From Terriglobia bacterium (GTDB lineage: Bacteria > Acidobacteriota > Terriglobia > Acidiferrales > UBA7541), in contig OY968796.1 of assembly GCA_963695545.1 (NCBI GenBank), positions 896,001 to 960,000 on the forward strand: a stretch of DNA of 64,000 nt, read 5' to 3'. Of this stretch, positions 41,182-52,815 are shown piece after piece. Both the position numbers and the translations under genes were made by a program. The notes beneath the pieces were generated by a model. It saw only the letters and a list, made by a program, of their open reading frames with translations. It had not been told where the DNA came from and made no database searches. Numbering within the stretch: the stretch's first letter is position 1; the number at the start of each line of letters is the position of its first letter.

Positions 41182-41739
41182 TAGTGGTCCCTAAGGACGT
41201 ACTTCACTACACCATATTAGCTCGTGGGTTTGTACGCCAACGTACCGATCGCGACTCCAGGCCGTCCACGTGCCATCGACCAATTATTTGACGACTCGGC
41301 CCAGCTGGCGGTCAACCGAAATCTCGCGCTTCGTCGCACATGGCTGTTTCCAATTGGCGTATGGGTCTTTCGGCGTCCCGCCCGCGCGGCATCGGCAATT
41401 CGCCCGGCGCAAACTAGCGCGAATATCGAATGATTTGGGCGCGCTTGGAAACGGTCGAAGGTAGCGATTTTTCGGCGAGGGCGCAAGGCCGGGAGGGTGT
41501 GTCGGTACGGCTATTCGGGGGCGCGGCTAATCGCTGTATCTGAACGAAAAGAATGAGTTTGTTTACGTTCAGGCTCCTGTCGACGTGTTCGGGTCGTCTA
41601 ATTGCGGACGTCCCGATGGCTCTGCCTTAGTCCCTGCCAACGCTCGTCCCGGACGCCGCCAAATAAGATTTCAGCGCAGCGAGACTCGGCAAAGGTATGG
41701 CAAACCGCGACAGCAAGCAACGTCTGGCGAAGAGCTACG

Positions 41740-41897
41740 CTAGGGGCGCGCCACAGTGAGCAAGACGACGATCTCAAGGAGAACCACACCTAGGCCGGCG
41801 CTCGGGTAGAAGCCTCAGGCCCGGTTATGGGGCCATGCGGGAAACGAACCGACGAAGCCTCGAACAAAATCACTAACCAGACTGTAAGGAGAATTCG
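41740..41897 (-). pseudogene. DUF3309-like small membrane protein pseudogene
   Basis: Minus strand reads VGSFPAWPHNRA*GFYPSAGLGVVLLEIVVLLTVARP*, with TGA at 41815-41817 where the family has Trp. The hydrophobic N-terminus ILLTVWLVILF is in another frame. Confidence 0.7.
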
Positions 41898-42363
41898 GCC
41901 TCCACTCGCTCTTCACATGCCTTACTTATTGGATGGCGACGGGAGAAGAAGAAAGGGGGAGCCGGCCCAGCCCTCGAATCCCAAAAGGATCCCTCGACAC
42001 CCTTTTTCTTTTCTTCTCCCGCCGGCGCGATAATCCGAGAAGTCCGCAAACGAGGCAATACAGGCAAATCTTTAGACGACTTCGGGGTTTGCTGTAAGCC
42101 GCGATATTTTGCGATTCCCTCCCGTCTGGAATCTTGTTCTGTATCGCCGAGCGCCGTCGACCGCTGGCTAACTGCGTCGTGGAGCCCCCGTGAATGCGGC
42201 TCAACGCAAGGCTTCCAAGTTAACTCATTACAAGATCATGCTTCGCCGTCGTACAGGCTTTGCCGCATGGTCGGCCGCATCCATCGGCAATACCATGGAA
42301 CTCGAAGCAAGCGATTTCGATGACGGTAGAGTTCCGAAACACCATCCGAGAGGAGAGACTTTC

Positions 42364-42945
42364 ATGACCGAAAATAAAAAAACGGCGGTATTCGGAATCT
42401 ATTCCACGCTCGCAGACGTAGACAACGCCACCTACTCTCTGTTGGATGCCGGCTTTTTCGCCCCGAGCATTTCGGTGCTTCTTCCGGAAAATATCGGCCC
42501 TCATCAGATTGGCACGGAAAAGGCCACAAAGGCGCTGGAAGGGGCCACCACGGGAGCAGGTTCGGGCGCTATCGTTGGGGGTGCGTTGGGTCTCTTGGCT
42601 GGGATCGGCGCGCTCGCGATTCCGGGTCTTGGTCCGCTGATCGCAGCGGGGCCTATCGTGGCGACGCTGGCAGGAATGGGCGCGGGCGGCGCGGTTGGCG
42701 GACTTACCGGAGCCCTGATCGGCTTGGGCATTCCAGAATATGAGGCCAAGCGCTATGAGGGGCATCTGCAAAAAGGGGCGATTCTGCTCTCGGTTCATTG
42801 CGACACGTCCGACGAAATCAAGCGAGCTAAAGACGTAATAAAGACGGCGGGCGCCCGAGACGTGTCATCGGCTGCTGAAGCGTCTGTCGACTCCGCACGA
42901 TCGGATCAGTTGCTTCACGACACTGCGCGAGACCGCAAGCGATAG
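42364..42945 (+). CDS. General-stress-type glycine-zipper membrane protein (DUF3341/YflT-like)
   Basis: AVFGIY..., GALGLLAGIGALAIPGLGPLIAAGP and GLGIPEYEAKRYE motifs; GAGGAG RBS. Confidence 0.85.
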   Translation: MTENKKTAVFGIYSTLADVDNATYSLLDAGFFAPSISVLLPENIGPHQIGTEKATKALEGATTGAGSGAIVGGALGLLAGIGALAIPGLGPLIAAGPIVATLAGMGAGGAVGGLTGALIGLGIPEYEAKRYEGHLQKGAILLSVHCDTSDEIKRAKDVIKTAGARDVSSAAEASVDSARSDQLLHDTARDRKR

Positions 42946-43052
42946 TTGTTCCAGGAGGAAGGAAGGCGGGAGGGGGTTCGTCCCGCGTTCTTTAGCCATG
43001 CTCGTGAGATTCAGGATTCGCCGTGAATTCGGCGTAGGAACAGAGAAAACCA

Positions 43053-43208
43053 ATGAGTAGACGAAATCGATGGCCAGAAACAATCTCACTCTTTGTGCTC
43101 GGCGTCGCTGTAGGTGCCGCTGTGGGAATACTCTTTGGACCCAAATCCGGCGACAAATTGCGCAAAGCTATCACGGACGGTGTGCAGGGACGCTTGGGGT
43201 GGATTTAG
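43053..43208 (+). CDS. Small YtxH-like protein (51 aa, possibly truncated)
   Basis: Too short for the ORF track. Translates as MSRRNRWPETISLFVLGVAVGAAVGILFGPKSGDKLRKAITDGVQGRLGWI, matching the YtxH pattern GxxxGAAVGLLFAPKSGxxLR. Confidence 0.68.
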   Translation: MSRRNRWPETISLFVLGVAVGAAVGILFGPKSGDKLRKAITDGVQGRLGWI

Positions 43209-43236
43209 TTATTGTGAAATCACGTGGAGATAGGCC

Positions 43237-43626
43237 ATGGAACTTCGCATATTGGTTGTGGAAGATTCAGCCATAACTCGGCAGATGATCAGATCGATCG
43301 CGCAGCAGCGCGATTGGACGATCTGTGGCGAAGCGGAAGACGGTTGGGCAGGAATCGTTAAATTTAAGGCACTCAGGCCGGACGTTGTGGTTCTCGATTT
43401 TACAATGCCGGGCATCAACGGAATCGAAACAGCAAGGCGCATGTCAATGCTTGATCCTGATGTTCCGCTGATTCTTTTCACCATTCTTGACGAGGATGAA
43501 CTAAATAAAGCCGCACGCGCGGCTGGAATATACGCTACCGTCTCGAAGATGCGGACGCCGGATTTGGTCGAGGCCATCAAATCCGCAGCGTCGCAGGGCG
43601 GCAAGCCCAATCAAGCCGTAGGATAG
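43237..43626 (+). CDS. Single-domain response regulator
   Basis: ILVVED, VVLDFTMPGINGIE and VSK motifs; GGAG RBS. Confidence 0.85.
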   Translation: MELRILVVEDSAITRQMIRSIAQQRDWTICGEAEDGWAGIVKFKALRPDVVVLDFTMPGINGIETARRMSMLDPDVPLILFTILDEDELNKAARAAGIYATVSKMRTPDLVEAIKSAASQGGKPNQAVG

Positions 43627-44130
43627 AGTGGCGTAGCAGCAACTCCCTTCGACGTTCTGCGCGTATCACCGGGATCAAGCTGCGCCGGCGGCAAAGGGCA
43701 GGTTCCAAGTCAATCAATCTGCTAAGGCTCGCTCGGGCCACCGTCTGCAGTCACTCCCTCGTGGACATCGCCGCCAGCCTGCGCCTGAGGACGCCAGCTC
43801 GCGCATTGCGTCCAAGCATCTAGTCTAGTTTCGTGATAACAGCGGGCGCCAGGATACGTGTGGGCGGCGCGCGCGGACAGTGCCGCAAATTCTTTACAAG
43901 TACCGGGGAACATCGTGCATTCACTCGCAGGCTCAAGCCGAAATCGACCTTCAAATCAATTCGCCTTGTATTCGCCATTTATATACAGCGATTGTGGTAG
44001 ATGGTTGAGAACAGCTTTGTGGTATGAGATTCCCCTACTGGGAAATTCCGGCATCGTGCTGCTCAGCAAAAGCTCTGCCAGGTCGACAGATGTATGTGCG
44101 ACGCGAACTTGTGTGATTGGGAGATAAGGC

Positions 44131-47100
44131 ATGAAAAGACCTGATCAAACTGTTACCACTGCGAGCGCGACGATCGACTCCCCGCCAATTGCGAAGACCA
44201 ATGGAAAGCGAGACGTGCCCTCCGACGTCTCGTTCGGCGATTTGGGCGTGATTCTTTCGAGCCTCCAAACTATGCGCGATGGGGATTTTTCTGTGCGCCT
44301 TCCCGGCAACTGGACCGGCTTGCAGGGAAAAATCGCAGACACATTCAACGAGATCGTCACGGCCAACCAACAAATGGCCAAAGAGCTGAAGCGTGTTGGA
44401 CAGGTCGTCGGTAAGGAAGGAAGAACCCGCGAGCGAATGAGATTCGATCTTCCGAAAGCCGCCTGGGGAGAGATGGAGGTATCGGTTAACACACTCGTAG
44501 ATGACCTGCTCCGCCCCACCACTGAGGTCACGCGCGCAATTGCCGCCGTTGCGAAGGGCAATCTGACGCAGACCGTGCAGCTCGATGTTGACGGGCGCCC
44601 ACTCGAGGGCGAATTCCTTCGCTCGGCGACGATTGTAAACACCATGATTCAGCAGCTCGGCGTATTTACGTCGGAGGTTACGCGCGTCGCGCGCGAAGTC
44701 GGTACCGACGGAAAGCTGGGCGGCCAGGCGCAGGTGCCCGGCGTGGCCGGCACATGGAAAGACCTCACGGACTCCGTGAACTCCATGGCCAGCAACTTGA
44801 CGGGACAGGTCCGCAACATCGCTGAAGTGGCAACCGCCGTGGCGAGCGGCGACCTGTCACGCAAGATCACGGTCGACGTCAGAGGCGAAATTTTGCAGCT
44901 CAAAGAAGCCATCAACACGATGGTGGATCAGTTGCGATCGTTCGCGTCGGAAGTCACGCGCGTGGCGCGCGAAGTCGGTACGGACGGCAAGCTCGGCGGA
45001 CAAGCAGTTGTGCCCGGCGTGGCCGGAACCTGGAAGGATCTTACGGACTCTGTGAATGCCATGGCCGGAAACCTCACGGCGCAAGTGCGCAACATCGCGG
45101 AGGTCACCACGGCCGTGGCTCGCGGAGATCTATCGCGCAAGATCACCGTCGACGTGAAGGGCGAAATCCTCGAACTAAAAGACACCATCAACACCATGGT
45201 TGACCAGCTCAACGCGTTCGCAGGCGAAGTTACGCGCGTGGCGCGCGAAGTCGGCACAGAAGGCAAGTTGGGCGGTCAAGCGCAGGTCCCCGGCGTGGGC
45301 GGCACGTGGAAGGACCTCACGGACAACGTGAATTTCATGGCCAGCAACCTGACGGGCCAGGTTCGCAACATCGCCGAGGTCGCAACCGCGATCGCCAGAG
45401 GAGATCTCTCGCGGAAAATTACCGTCGACGTCCGCGGAGAAATTCTCGAGCTCAAAGAGACGTTGAATACCATGGTGGACCAGCTCAATCGATTCGCCGG
45501 CGAGGTGACGCGTGTGGCGCGCGAAGTCGGCAGTGAAGGGCGGCTCGGCGGCCAAGCCAACGTGCCCGGTGTCGCGGGAACGTGGAAGGATTTGACCGAC
45601 TCGGTCAACTCAATGGCCAGAAACTTGACTGCGCAAGTGCGCAACATCGCCGAGGTTACGACGGCGGTGGCGCTCGGAGACTTGTCGCGCAAAATCACGG
45701 TCGACGTTAAAGGCGAGATCCTCGAACTGAAAAACACCATCAACACAATGGTTGACCAACTCAACGCGTTCGCCGGAGAAGTCACCCGCGTGGCTCGCGA
45801 GGTCGGCACCGAAGGCAAGCTGGGCGGCCAGGCACAAGTCCCCGGCGCCGGTACCTGGAAGGACTTGACCGACAACGTGAACTTCATGGCCAGTAACTTG
45901 ACCGGCCAAGTCCGCAACATCGCCGAAGTCGCCACCGCCGTGGCACGCGGCGATTTGTCCCGCAAAATCACGGTCGACGTTAAGGGCGAAATCCTCGAAC
46001 TCAAGGACACGCTGAACACCATGGTTGATCAGCTGCGCGCGTTCGCATCTGAAGTCACGCGCGTGGCGCGCGAAGTCGGTACCGACGGAAAGCTAGGTGG
46101 TCAGGCGCAGGTTCCAGGAGTGGCCGGAACCTGGAAGGATCTCACCGATTCTGTGAACTCGATGGCCAGCAACTTGACGGGCCAGGTCCGCAATATCGCT
46201 GAAGTCGCGACCGCCATCGCGAGCGGCGACCTCTCGAAGAAAATTACCGTGAACGTGAGCGGCGAGATTTTGCTTCTCAAAGAAACCATCAACACGATGG
46301 TGGACCAACTCAACGCGTTCGCCGGAGAAGTCACGCGCGTCGCGCGCGAGGTCGGCAGCGAAGGCCGCCTTGGTGGTCAAGCCAACGTGCCCGGCGTGGC
46401 CGGAACCTGGAAGGATCTCACGGACTCTGTCAACTCGATGGCCGGCAACTTGACGGGCCAGGTTCGTAACATCGCGGAGGTCACCACGGCCGTCGCGCGC
46501 GGCGACCTGTCGCGCAAAATCACGGTCGACGTGAAGGGCGAAATCCTTGAATTGAAGAACACGATTAACACCATGGTTGACCAGCTCAACGCCTTCGCCG
46601 GAGAAGTCACGCGCGTGGCTCGCGAAGTCGGCACCGAGGGGAAATTGGGTGGCCAGGCCGAAGTGCCCGGTGTCGGCGGAACGTGGAAAGACCTCACCGA
46701 CAACGTAAATTTCATGGCCAGCAACTTGACCGGCCAGGTCCGCAACATCGCCGAAGTGGCGACGGCCATTGCCAGTGGCGACCTCTCGCGCAAAATCACG
46801 GTCGACGTTCGCGGAGAAATTCTCCAACTCAAAGAAACGCTCAACACGATGGTCGAACAGCTGCGTTCGTTCGCTGCTGAAGTCACGCGCGTTGCGCGCG
46901 AAGTCGGAAGCGAAGGGCGCCTCGGCGGTCAAGCCAACGTCACGGGCGTGGCCGGCACCTGGAAGGACCTGACCGATTCGGTCAACGCGATGGCTGGTAA
47001 CCTGACCGGTCAGGTGCGCAACATCGCCGAAGTCACCACAGCCGTGGCTCGCGGCGACTTGTCCCGCAAAATCACGGTCGACGTGAAAGGCGAAATTCTC

Positions 47101-50100
47101 GAGCTCAAGAACACCATCAACACGATGGTCGACCAGCTCAACGCGTTCGCCGCCGAAGTCACGCGCGTGGCTCGCGAGGTCGGCACTGACGGTAAGTTGG
47201 GCGGTCAGGCGCAAGTTCCTGGCGTCGCCGGCACTTGGAAAGACCTCACCGACAACGTAAACGTGATGGCCGCAAACCTTACGGAACAGGTCCGGGGCAT
47301 TGTGAAGGTCGTGACCGCCGTGGCAAACGGCGAGCTAACAAAAAAGCTCACGGTTCAGGCGAAGGGCGAAGTGGCCGCGCTCGCCGATACCATCAACAAC
47401 ATGACCGACACCCTGGCAACCTTCGCCGATCAGGTAACTACTGTGGCTCGTGAAGTCGGCGTGGAAGGTCGGCTCGGTGGCCAAGCGAACGTACCCGGCG
47501 CGGCCGGCACATGGAAGGATCTCACAGGCAACGTGAACCTCCTCGCCGACAACCTCACCAACCAGGTCCGCGCCATCGCGGAAGTCACCACCGCCGTGAC
47601 CAAGGGCGACTTGACTCGTTCGATTCAAGTCGAGGCCAGCGGCGAAGTGGCGGAGCTGAAAGATTACATCAACACCATGATCGACAATCTCCGCCTCACG
47701 ACCGACCGCAATAACGAACAGGACTGGTTGAAAACGAACCTCGCGCGGTTCACCGGAATGCTGCAGGGGCAACGAGATCTAGCAACCGTCGGCCGAATGC
47801 TTCTGTCCGAGCTCGCGCCGCTCGTCAGCGCTCAGCAAGGTGTGATCTATCAGATGGAGGACGAGGAAACCGGCAACATGGCCTTGCTCTCGGCCTTTGC
47901 CGATCGCGTGGAAGAAGGGCATCCCGATCAGTTGCGATCCGGCAGCGGCCTTGTCGGACAGTGCGCGGCCGAAAAGAGACGCATGCTCATTACCGATGTG
48001 CCGGCGCATGCGATCCCGATCCGCTCCGGATTGTTTGAAGCTGTCCCGCGGAACATCATTGTGCTCCCGGTTCTTTTTGAGGACAGGGTCAAGGCCGTCA
48101 TCGAATTGGCATCGCTGAGCGTCTTCACCCCCTCCCATCTAGCGTTCCTCGAGCAGCTCACTTCCAGCATCGGTATCGTGCTAAACAGCATTGAAGCCAC
48201 AATGCAGACGGAAGGCTTGCTGAAGCAGTCTCAACAGCTTGCCGCCGAGCTTCAAACCCAGCAAACCGAATTGCAGCAAACCAACGAGCAGCTTGCGCAA
48301 AAAGCCCAGCAGCTTGCCGAGCAGAACGTCGAAGTCGAGCGCAAGAACCAGGAAATTGAACAGGCCCGCAGAGCCGTCGAAGAAAAAGCCAAAGAATTGG
48401 CACTCACGTCCAAATACAAATCGGAGTTCCTGGCCAACATGTCACACGAGCTGCGCACACCGCTCAACAGCATTCTCGTGCTGGGCCAGCAACTCACCGA
48501 CAATCCGGACGGCAATTTGACGCTCAAGCAAGTGGAGTTCGCTCGCACGATTCATGGCGCGGGAACCGATCTCTTGAATTTGATCACGGATATTCTGGAT
48601 CTCTCGAAGATCGAATCCGGAACCGTCTCGGTCCAGGCGGAAGAAGTATTCTTCGCGAGCCTGCTTGATATGATCGCTCGCCCATTCCGTCACGAAGCTG
48701 AGGGTCGTCATCTCGATTTTGAAATTCAAACCGACCCGAGGCTCACCCGTAGTCTAGTCACCGACTCAAAGCGGTTGCAGCAAGTTCTCAAGAATCTGCT
48801 TTCCAACGCGCTCAAATTCACGGAACACGGAAGCGTTCGCTTGAGCGTGTACCCTGCCGAAAACGGCTGGAGCGAGAACCATCCGGTGCTCGGAAAGTTG
48901 GCCTCCGTGGTGGCCTTCGAGGTGTCGGACACCGGGATCGGAATACCGGTCGAAAAGCAGCGGCTTATCTTTGAGGCCTTCCAGCAAGCCGACGCGGGCA
49001 CTAGCCGTAAGTACGGCGGCACGGGTCTCGGACTTGCGATCAGCCGCGAACTCGCCGGTTTGCTCGGAGGTGAAATTCAACTACGCAGCGCTCCAGGCAA
49101 GGGCAGCACCTTCACGCTCTACTTACCGCAAACTTACGTTGGACCGTCATCCGGAATTGCGACGGCCGACGCCAAGGCTACCTTTGTGTCCCCCGCGCTT
49201 CGACCCTCGAGCGTTACAGTATCGGAGCGTCCCAACGAACAGATTCCCGACGACCGCGAAACTCTAACGCAAGACGACGCTATCCTCCTGATTGTAGAGG
49301 ACGATCCGCACTACGCGCGACTCCTCCGCGACCTGTCTCGCGACAAAGGCTTCAAGGTTCTCATCGCCACCCGAGGGACGGAAGCCTTGGAGCTGGCTCG
49401 CGAATTCCATCCCACCGCCATCTCGCTCGACGTGTTCTTGCCCGACATGTTGGGCTGGACCGTTCTGAATCATTTCAAGCAAGATCCCACGATGCGCCAC
49501 ATTCCGATTCAGATGTTGACTCTGGACGAAGACCGTCAGCATGGCTTGGCGAGCGGCGCATTCGCGTACGTGAACAAACCGACCTCGCCCGACGAACTGA
49601 ACGCTGCGTTCGCACGCATCAAGGAATACACAGCGCCGCGCCGCAAACGTCTGCTCGTGGTCGAAGACGATCCGAGCGAGCAGCTCAGCATTACCGAACT
49701 TCTCGGATATAACGATATCGACGTTCAGGTCGCTGCAACTGGCGCCGAGGCGCTCGACTCCGTCACCAACGAGTCGTTCGATTGCGTAGTCCTCGATCTG
49801 CGCCTTCCCGACATGTCCGGCTTCGACGTGCTCGAGCGTTTCCGCGAAAACCCATCGCTGAGCAATTTGCCCGTTGTGGTGTTCACCGGGAAAGATTTGT
49901 CGCCCGAGGAAGACGCGCGTCTGCACATGCTCGCGCGCAGCGTCGTCGTCAAAGGTGTGGAATCGCCGGAAAGATTGCTCGATGAAACGGCGTTGTTCCT
50001 GCATCGCGTGGTCACCGACCTTCCGCCCGAAAAGCAAAAAATGCTTGAGCGCTTGCACAATTCCGATGAAGCGCTCGTCGGAAAGAAGGTACTGGTCGTC

Positions 50101-50448
50101 GACGACGACGTCCGGAACATTTTCGCGCTTAGCAGCGTCCTCGAGCGCCGTGGCATGACCGTACTCACCGCCGGCACGGGCCGCGAGGCTATCGCCACGC
50201 TCGAGTCGACTCCGGACGTGGCTATCGTGTTGATGGATATCATGATGCCAGAGATGGACGGATATGAAACGATGCAGGTGATTCGCCAGAATACGTCATT
50301 TCGGCGATTGCCCATCGTCGCCTTGACCGCCAAAGCCATGAAAGGCGATCGCGAAAAGTGCCTCGAAGCCGGCGCATCCGAATATCTGGCAAAGCCGGTC
50401 AATACCGAGCAACTGCTCTCGGCCCTTAGAATGTGGTTCCATCGGTAG
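44131..50448 (+). CDS. Cytoplasmic poly-HAMP hybrid histidine kinase (HAMP array, GAF, HisKA, HATPase, 3 REC)
   Basis: 11 TWKDLT repeats; [30 protein letters not shown] and GGTGLGL motifs; three receiver domains; no TM helix. Confidence 0.95.
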   Translation: MKRPDQTVTTASATIDSPPIAKTNGKRDVPSDVSFGDLGVILSSLQTMRDGDFSVRLPGNWTGLQGKIADTFNEIVTANQQMAKELKRVGQVVGKEGRTRERMRFDLPKAAWGEMEVSVNTLVDDLLRPTTEVTRAIAAVAKGNLTQTVQLDVDGRPLEGEFLRSATIVNTMIQQLGVFTSEVTRVAREVGTDGKLGGQAQVPGVAGTWKDLTDSVNSMASNLTGQVRNIAEVATAVASGDLSRKITVDVRGEILQLKEAINTMVDQLRSFASEVTRVAREVGTDGKLGGQAVVPGVAGTWKDLTDSVNAMAGNLTAQVRNIAEVTTAVARGDLSRKITVDVKGEILELKDTINTMVDQLNAFAGEVTRVAREVGTEGKLGGQAQVPGVGGTWKDLTDNVNFMASNLTGQVRNIAEVATAIARGDLSRKITVDVRGEILELKETLNTMVDQLNRFAGEVTRVAREVGSEGRLGGQANVPGVAGTWKDLTDSVNSMARNLTAQVRNIAEVTTAVALGDLSRKITVDVKGEILELKNTINTMVDQLNAFAGEVTRVAREVGTEGKLGGQAQVPGAGTWKDLTDNVNFMASNLTGQVRNIAEVATAVARGDLSRKITVDVKGEILELKDTLNTMVDQLRAFASEVTRVAREVGTDGKLGGQAQVPGVAGTWKDLTDSVNSMASNLTGQVRNIAEVATAIASGDLSKKITVNVSGEILLLKETINTMVDQLNAFAGEVTRVAREVGSEGRLGGQANVPGVAGTWKDLTDSVNSMAGNLTGQVRNIAEVTTAVARGDLSRKITVDVKGEILELKNTINTMVDQLNAFAGEVTRVAREVGTEGKLGGQAEVPGVGGTWKDLTDNVNFMASNLTGQVRNIAEVATAIASGDLSRKITVDVRGEILQLKETLNTMVEQLRSFAAEVTRVAREVGSEGRLGGQANVTGVAGTWKDLTDSVNAMAGNLTGQVRNIAEVTTAVARGDLSRKITVDVKGEILELKNTINTMVDQLNAFAAEVTRVAREVGTDGKLGGQAQVPGVAGTWKDLTDNVNVMAANLTEQVRGIVKVVTAVANGELTKKLTVQAKGEVAALADTINNMTDTLATFADQVTTVAREVGVEGRLGGQANVPGAAGTWKDLTGNVNLLADNLTNQVRAIAEVTTAVTKGDLTRSIQVEASGEVAELKDYINTMIDNLRLTTDRNNEQDWLKTNLARFTGMLQGQRDLATVGRMLLSELAPLVSAQQGVIYQMEDEETGNMALLSAFADRVEEGHPDQLRSGSGLVGQCAAEKRRMLITDVPAHAIPIRSGLFEAVPRNIIVLPVLFEDRVKAVIELASLSVFTPSHLAFLEQLTSSIGIVLNSIEATMQTEGLLKQSQQLAAELQTQQTELQQTNEQLAQKAQQLAEQNVEVERKNQEIEQARRAVEEKAKELALTSKYKSEFLANMSHELRTPLNSILVLGQQLTDNPDGNLTLKQVEFARTIHGAGTDLLNLITDILDLSKIESGTVSVQAEEVFFASLLDMIARPFRHEAEGRHLDFEIQTDPRLTRSLVTDSKRLQQVLKNLLSNALKFTEHGSVRLSVYPAENGWSENHPVLGKLASVVAFEVSDTGIGIPVEKQRLIFEAFQQADAGTSRKYGGTGLGLAISRELAGLLGGEIQLRSAPGKGSTFTLYLPQTYVGPSSGIATADAKATFVSPALRPSSVTVSERPNEQIPDDRETLTQDDAILLIVEDDPHYARLLRDLSRDKGFKVLIATRGTEALELAREFHPTAISLDVFLPDMLGWTVLNHFKQDPTMRHIPIQMLTLDEDRQHGLASGAFAYVNKPTSPDELNAAFARIKEYTAPRRKRLLVVEDDPSEQLSITELLGYNDIDVQVAATGAEALDSVTNESFDCVVLDLRLPDMSGFDVLERFRENPSLSNLPVVVFTGKDLSPEEDARLHMLARSVVVKGVESPERLLDETALFLHRVVTDLPPEKQKMLERLHNSDEALVGKKVLVVDDDVRNIFALSSVLERRGMTVLTAGTGREAIATLESTPDVAIVLMDIMMPEMDGYETMQVIRQNTSFRRLPIVALTAKAMKGDREKCLEAGASEYLAKPVNTEQLLSALRMWFHR
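44660..47700 (+). repeat. Intragenic 276-bp tandem repeat (92-aa di-HAMP unit)
   Basis: Trp codons at 44755, 45031, 45307, 45583, 45856, 46132, 46408, 46684, 46960, 47236 and 47512. Confidence 0.95.
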
Positions 50449-50561
50449 AGGTCGCGGGCTCGATTTAGAGTTCGCCCCGAAAATGCTATCTTTGTTTGGT
50501 ATGGCCTGATTGATGTCGCTGCGTGTGAAACTTATCTTCTTTTGATTCGATGAGAGGACAG

Positions 50562-51659
50562 ATGAGCGACCACCAAAAGGTCAACATTCTCATGGTAGAC
50601 GATCAGCCTGCCAAGCTGCTCAGCTATGAAGTCATGCTCAAGGAGCTGGACGAGAGTCTCATTAAAGCCCATTCCGCCCGGGAAGCCCTCGATCAGCTGC
50701 TCAGGACCGATATTGCGGTCGTTCTGATGGACGTCAGCATGCCGGAACTCGACGGTTTCGAGCTGGCTGGCATGATCCGCGAGCATCCGCGATTTCAGAA
50801 GACCGCGATCATTTTCATCTCCGCCGTGTACCTAACCGATATGGACCGCCTTAAAGGTTATGAGCGCGGGGCGGTGGATTACATATCCGTTCCAGTTGTT
50901 CCGGAGCTCTTGCGAGCGAAAGTTAGCGTGTTCGCGGACTTGCATCGCAAAACCCGGCAGATGGAAAGCTTGAATCGCGAACTGCGAAGTCTTTCGGCGC
51001 GCCTGATCGCGACTCAGGATGAGGAACGCCGGCGAATCGCTCGCGATTTGCACGATAGCGTCGGCCAATTAGTCGCCTCGCTCTCGATGAATAACGGACT
51101 GGCTTTGATGCAAGCCGAGAATCTCAGCCCTTCCGCTGCCAACGCGTTGCGGCAAAATTCCGACCTGGTTCAACAACTTTCCAAAGAGGTCCGCACCATC
51201 TCCCATCTGCTTCATCCGCCTCTTCTCGATGAAATTGGCCTGTTGCCTGCCATAAAAATGTATGCGGACGGGTTCGCCGAACGCAGCAACCTGAAAGTCA
51301 CTGTGGAATTTTCGCCTGAGATCGGCCGCCTCGCTCCCAATGCGGAGATTTCGGTATTTCGGATCGTGCAAGAATGTTTGACCAACGTTTATCGCCACTC
51401 AGGAAGCGAAACGGCGCACATCAGAATTCATCCCGACGAGAAGAATGTGCTTACGATTCAGGTCATTGACCACGGCAAGGGAATGCCGAAGCGGCAGCTC
51501 ATCTCCATGTCTCTGGGAAGGAACGACGGCGTTGGCCTGAGCGGCATGCGGGAACGGGTAAGAGAGCTTGGGGGTGTGCTTGACATACAATCCGACGAAA
51601 ATGGCACTACGGTCACGGCTGCATTTCCGGTCACCTCAGAGGCGGCAGTTGGTGCGTGA
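50562..51659 (+). CDS. Receiver-HisKA_3 histidine kinase (OsaB-like N-terminal receiver)
   Basis: ILMVDD, LMDVSMP, LRAKVSVF; ERRRIARDLHD, FRIVQECLTNVYRH, DHGKG and GVGLSGMRER motifs. Confidence 0.92.
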   Translation: MSDHQKVNILMVDDQPAKLLSYEVMLKELDESLIKAHSAREALDQLLRTDIAVVLMDVSMPELDGFELAGMIREHPRFQKTAIIFISAVYLTDMDRLKGYERGAVDYISVPVVPELLRAKVSVFADLHRKTRQMESLNRELRSLSARLIATQDEERRRIARDLHDSVGQLVASLSMNNGLALMQAENLSPSAANALRQNSDLVQQLSKEVRTISHLLHPPLLDEIGLLPAIKMYADGFAERSNLKVTVEFSPEIGRLAPNAEISVFRIVQECLTNVYRHSGSETAHIRIHPDEKNVLTIQVIDHGKGMPKRQLISMSLGRNDGVGLSGMRERVRELGGVLDIQSDENGTTVTAAFPVTSEAAVGA

Positions 51660-51751
51660 CGCCTGCGGTCGGTAAATACATCTCGTTCGACCCGCGCATC
51701 CAAGATCGGCGCTGGCTGAATTGTGGGCGAGTGACTGGGAGGATTTTTCGG

Positions 51752-52156
51752 GTGCGCACGCGGTTTCTACTTGTTGACGACAATCGTGTTGTACGGCAAG
51801 GTCTCCGCACTGTGCTCCAAGCGAATCCCGATTGGGAAATTTGCGGCGAGGCAAATACCGGTTTGGCCGCCGTGGACCTCTTCAAAGAATTGCATCCCAA
51901 CGTCGTGATCGTGGATTTCAAAATGCCGGGAATAAATGGCGTTGAGACTGCGCGCCGCATGTTGGAATTTGCTCCCGCCGTGCCGATTGCAATGTTTACC
52001 GAGCACGCGAGCCCCGAATTGGAGAAGCACGCGCTCGATGCCGGCATTCGGAAAGTTGTCTCGAAGATTGACGCGTTTCCGATGGTTGGCATTATCGAGG
52101 CGCTCCTTGGGTCGGACGGAACGGAGTCCAGCATCGAGGAACCGATTAAGAATTAA
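51752..52156 (+). CDS. Single-domain response regulator
   Basis: LLVDDN, IVDFKMPGINGVE and VSK motifs. GTG start inferred. Confidence 0.85.
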   Translation: MRTRFLLVDDNRVVRQGLRTVLQANPDWEICGEANTGLAAVDLFKELHPNVVIVDFKMPGINGVETARRMLEFAPAVPIAMFTEHASPELEKHALDAGIRKVVSKIDAFPMVGIIEALLGSDGTESSIEEPIKN

Positions 52157-52815
52157 GCGCCGCTTGGTCCCGTGGAGCACTATTAAAACTAGGGATCATC
52201 ACGTCGCCGTAAATCGCGAAATAGAGAATTCGGATTCCCCGCTCGTTCGCTGTTCGGCCACTGTTCCATTTTGTCGCAAGTGCTCTTTGCCTGTTACGAC
52301 GGAACATAGAGGCGAGGCGCGACTTGAGCGATCCGTCTCCGAGCGCGTGCCCGATGGTGCAGTCCCGCCGGTCTCAGGAAACCGGGCCGGATTGATGGCT
52401 GTGCGCCGAGGGTCCGCATTTTGCTTCTCTCACATTGGCCGGCAGGTGAGGACGGCCTCGGGGTGACCGACGCAGCGGGATTTCGCCTCATTGCGTAACC
52501 CGTACCCGGTTCAGATGGACCGCTCCGGCCCGGTGTATGGCAAATCAGCTTTGCTCGGCATGACACCACTCGCGACGATTTGCCGCACGAAAAACATTGT
52601 CTCTCAACGATTGAGCGGGTGCTGTCCACGCTGACAAAGGAGGACATTTCCAGCAAGGTCCGGGCCGAACTTCTCGAACTTGCTCTCGACATATGGCCGC
52701 AGCCGTGGCAGGCTGCCGTTGTGCATGCTCTTCGGGCTGGCGATGAACGTGTGTTATCGGGCAACTATGCCCCTAAGATGACTTGAAGCCACATCAGCCA
52801 CCAAGGAGACTAACG

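Noticed and set aside
44660..47700. 276-bp tandem repeat as a non-coding array or assembly error
   Set aside because: It is in frame and encodes HAMP units, and the copies differ at synonymous sites.
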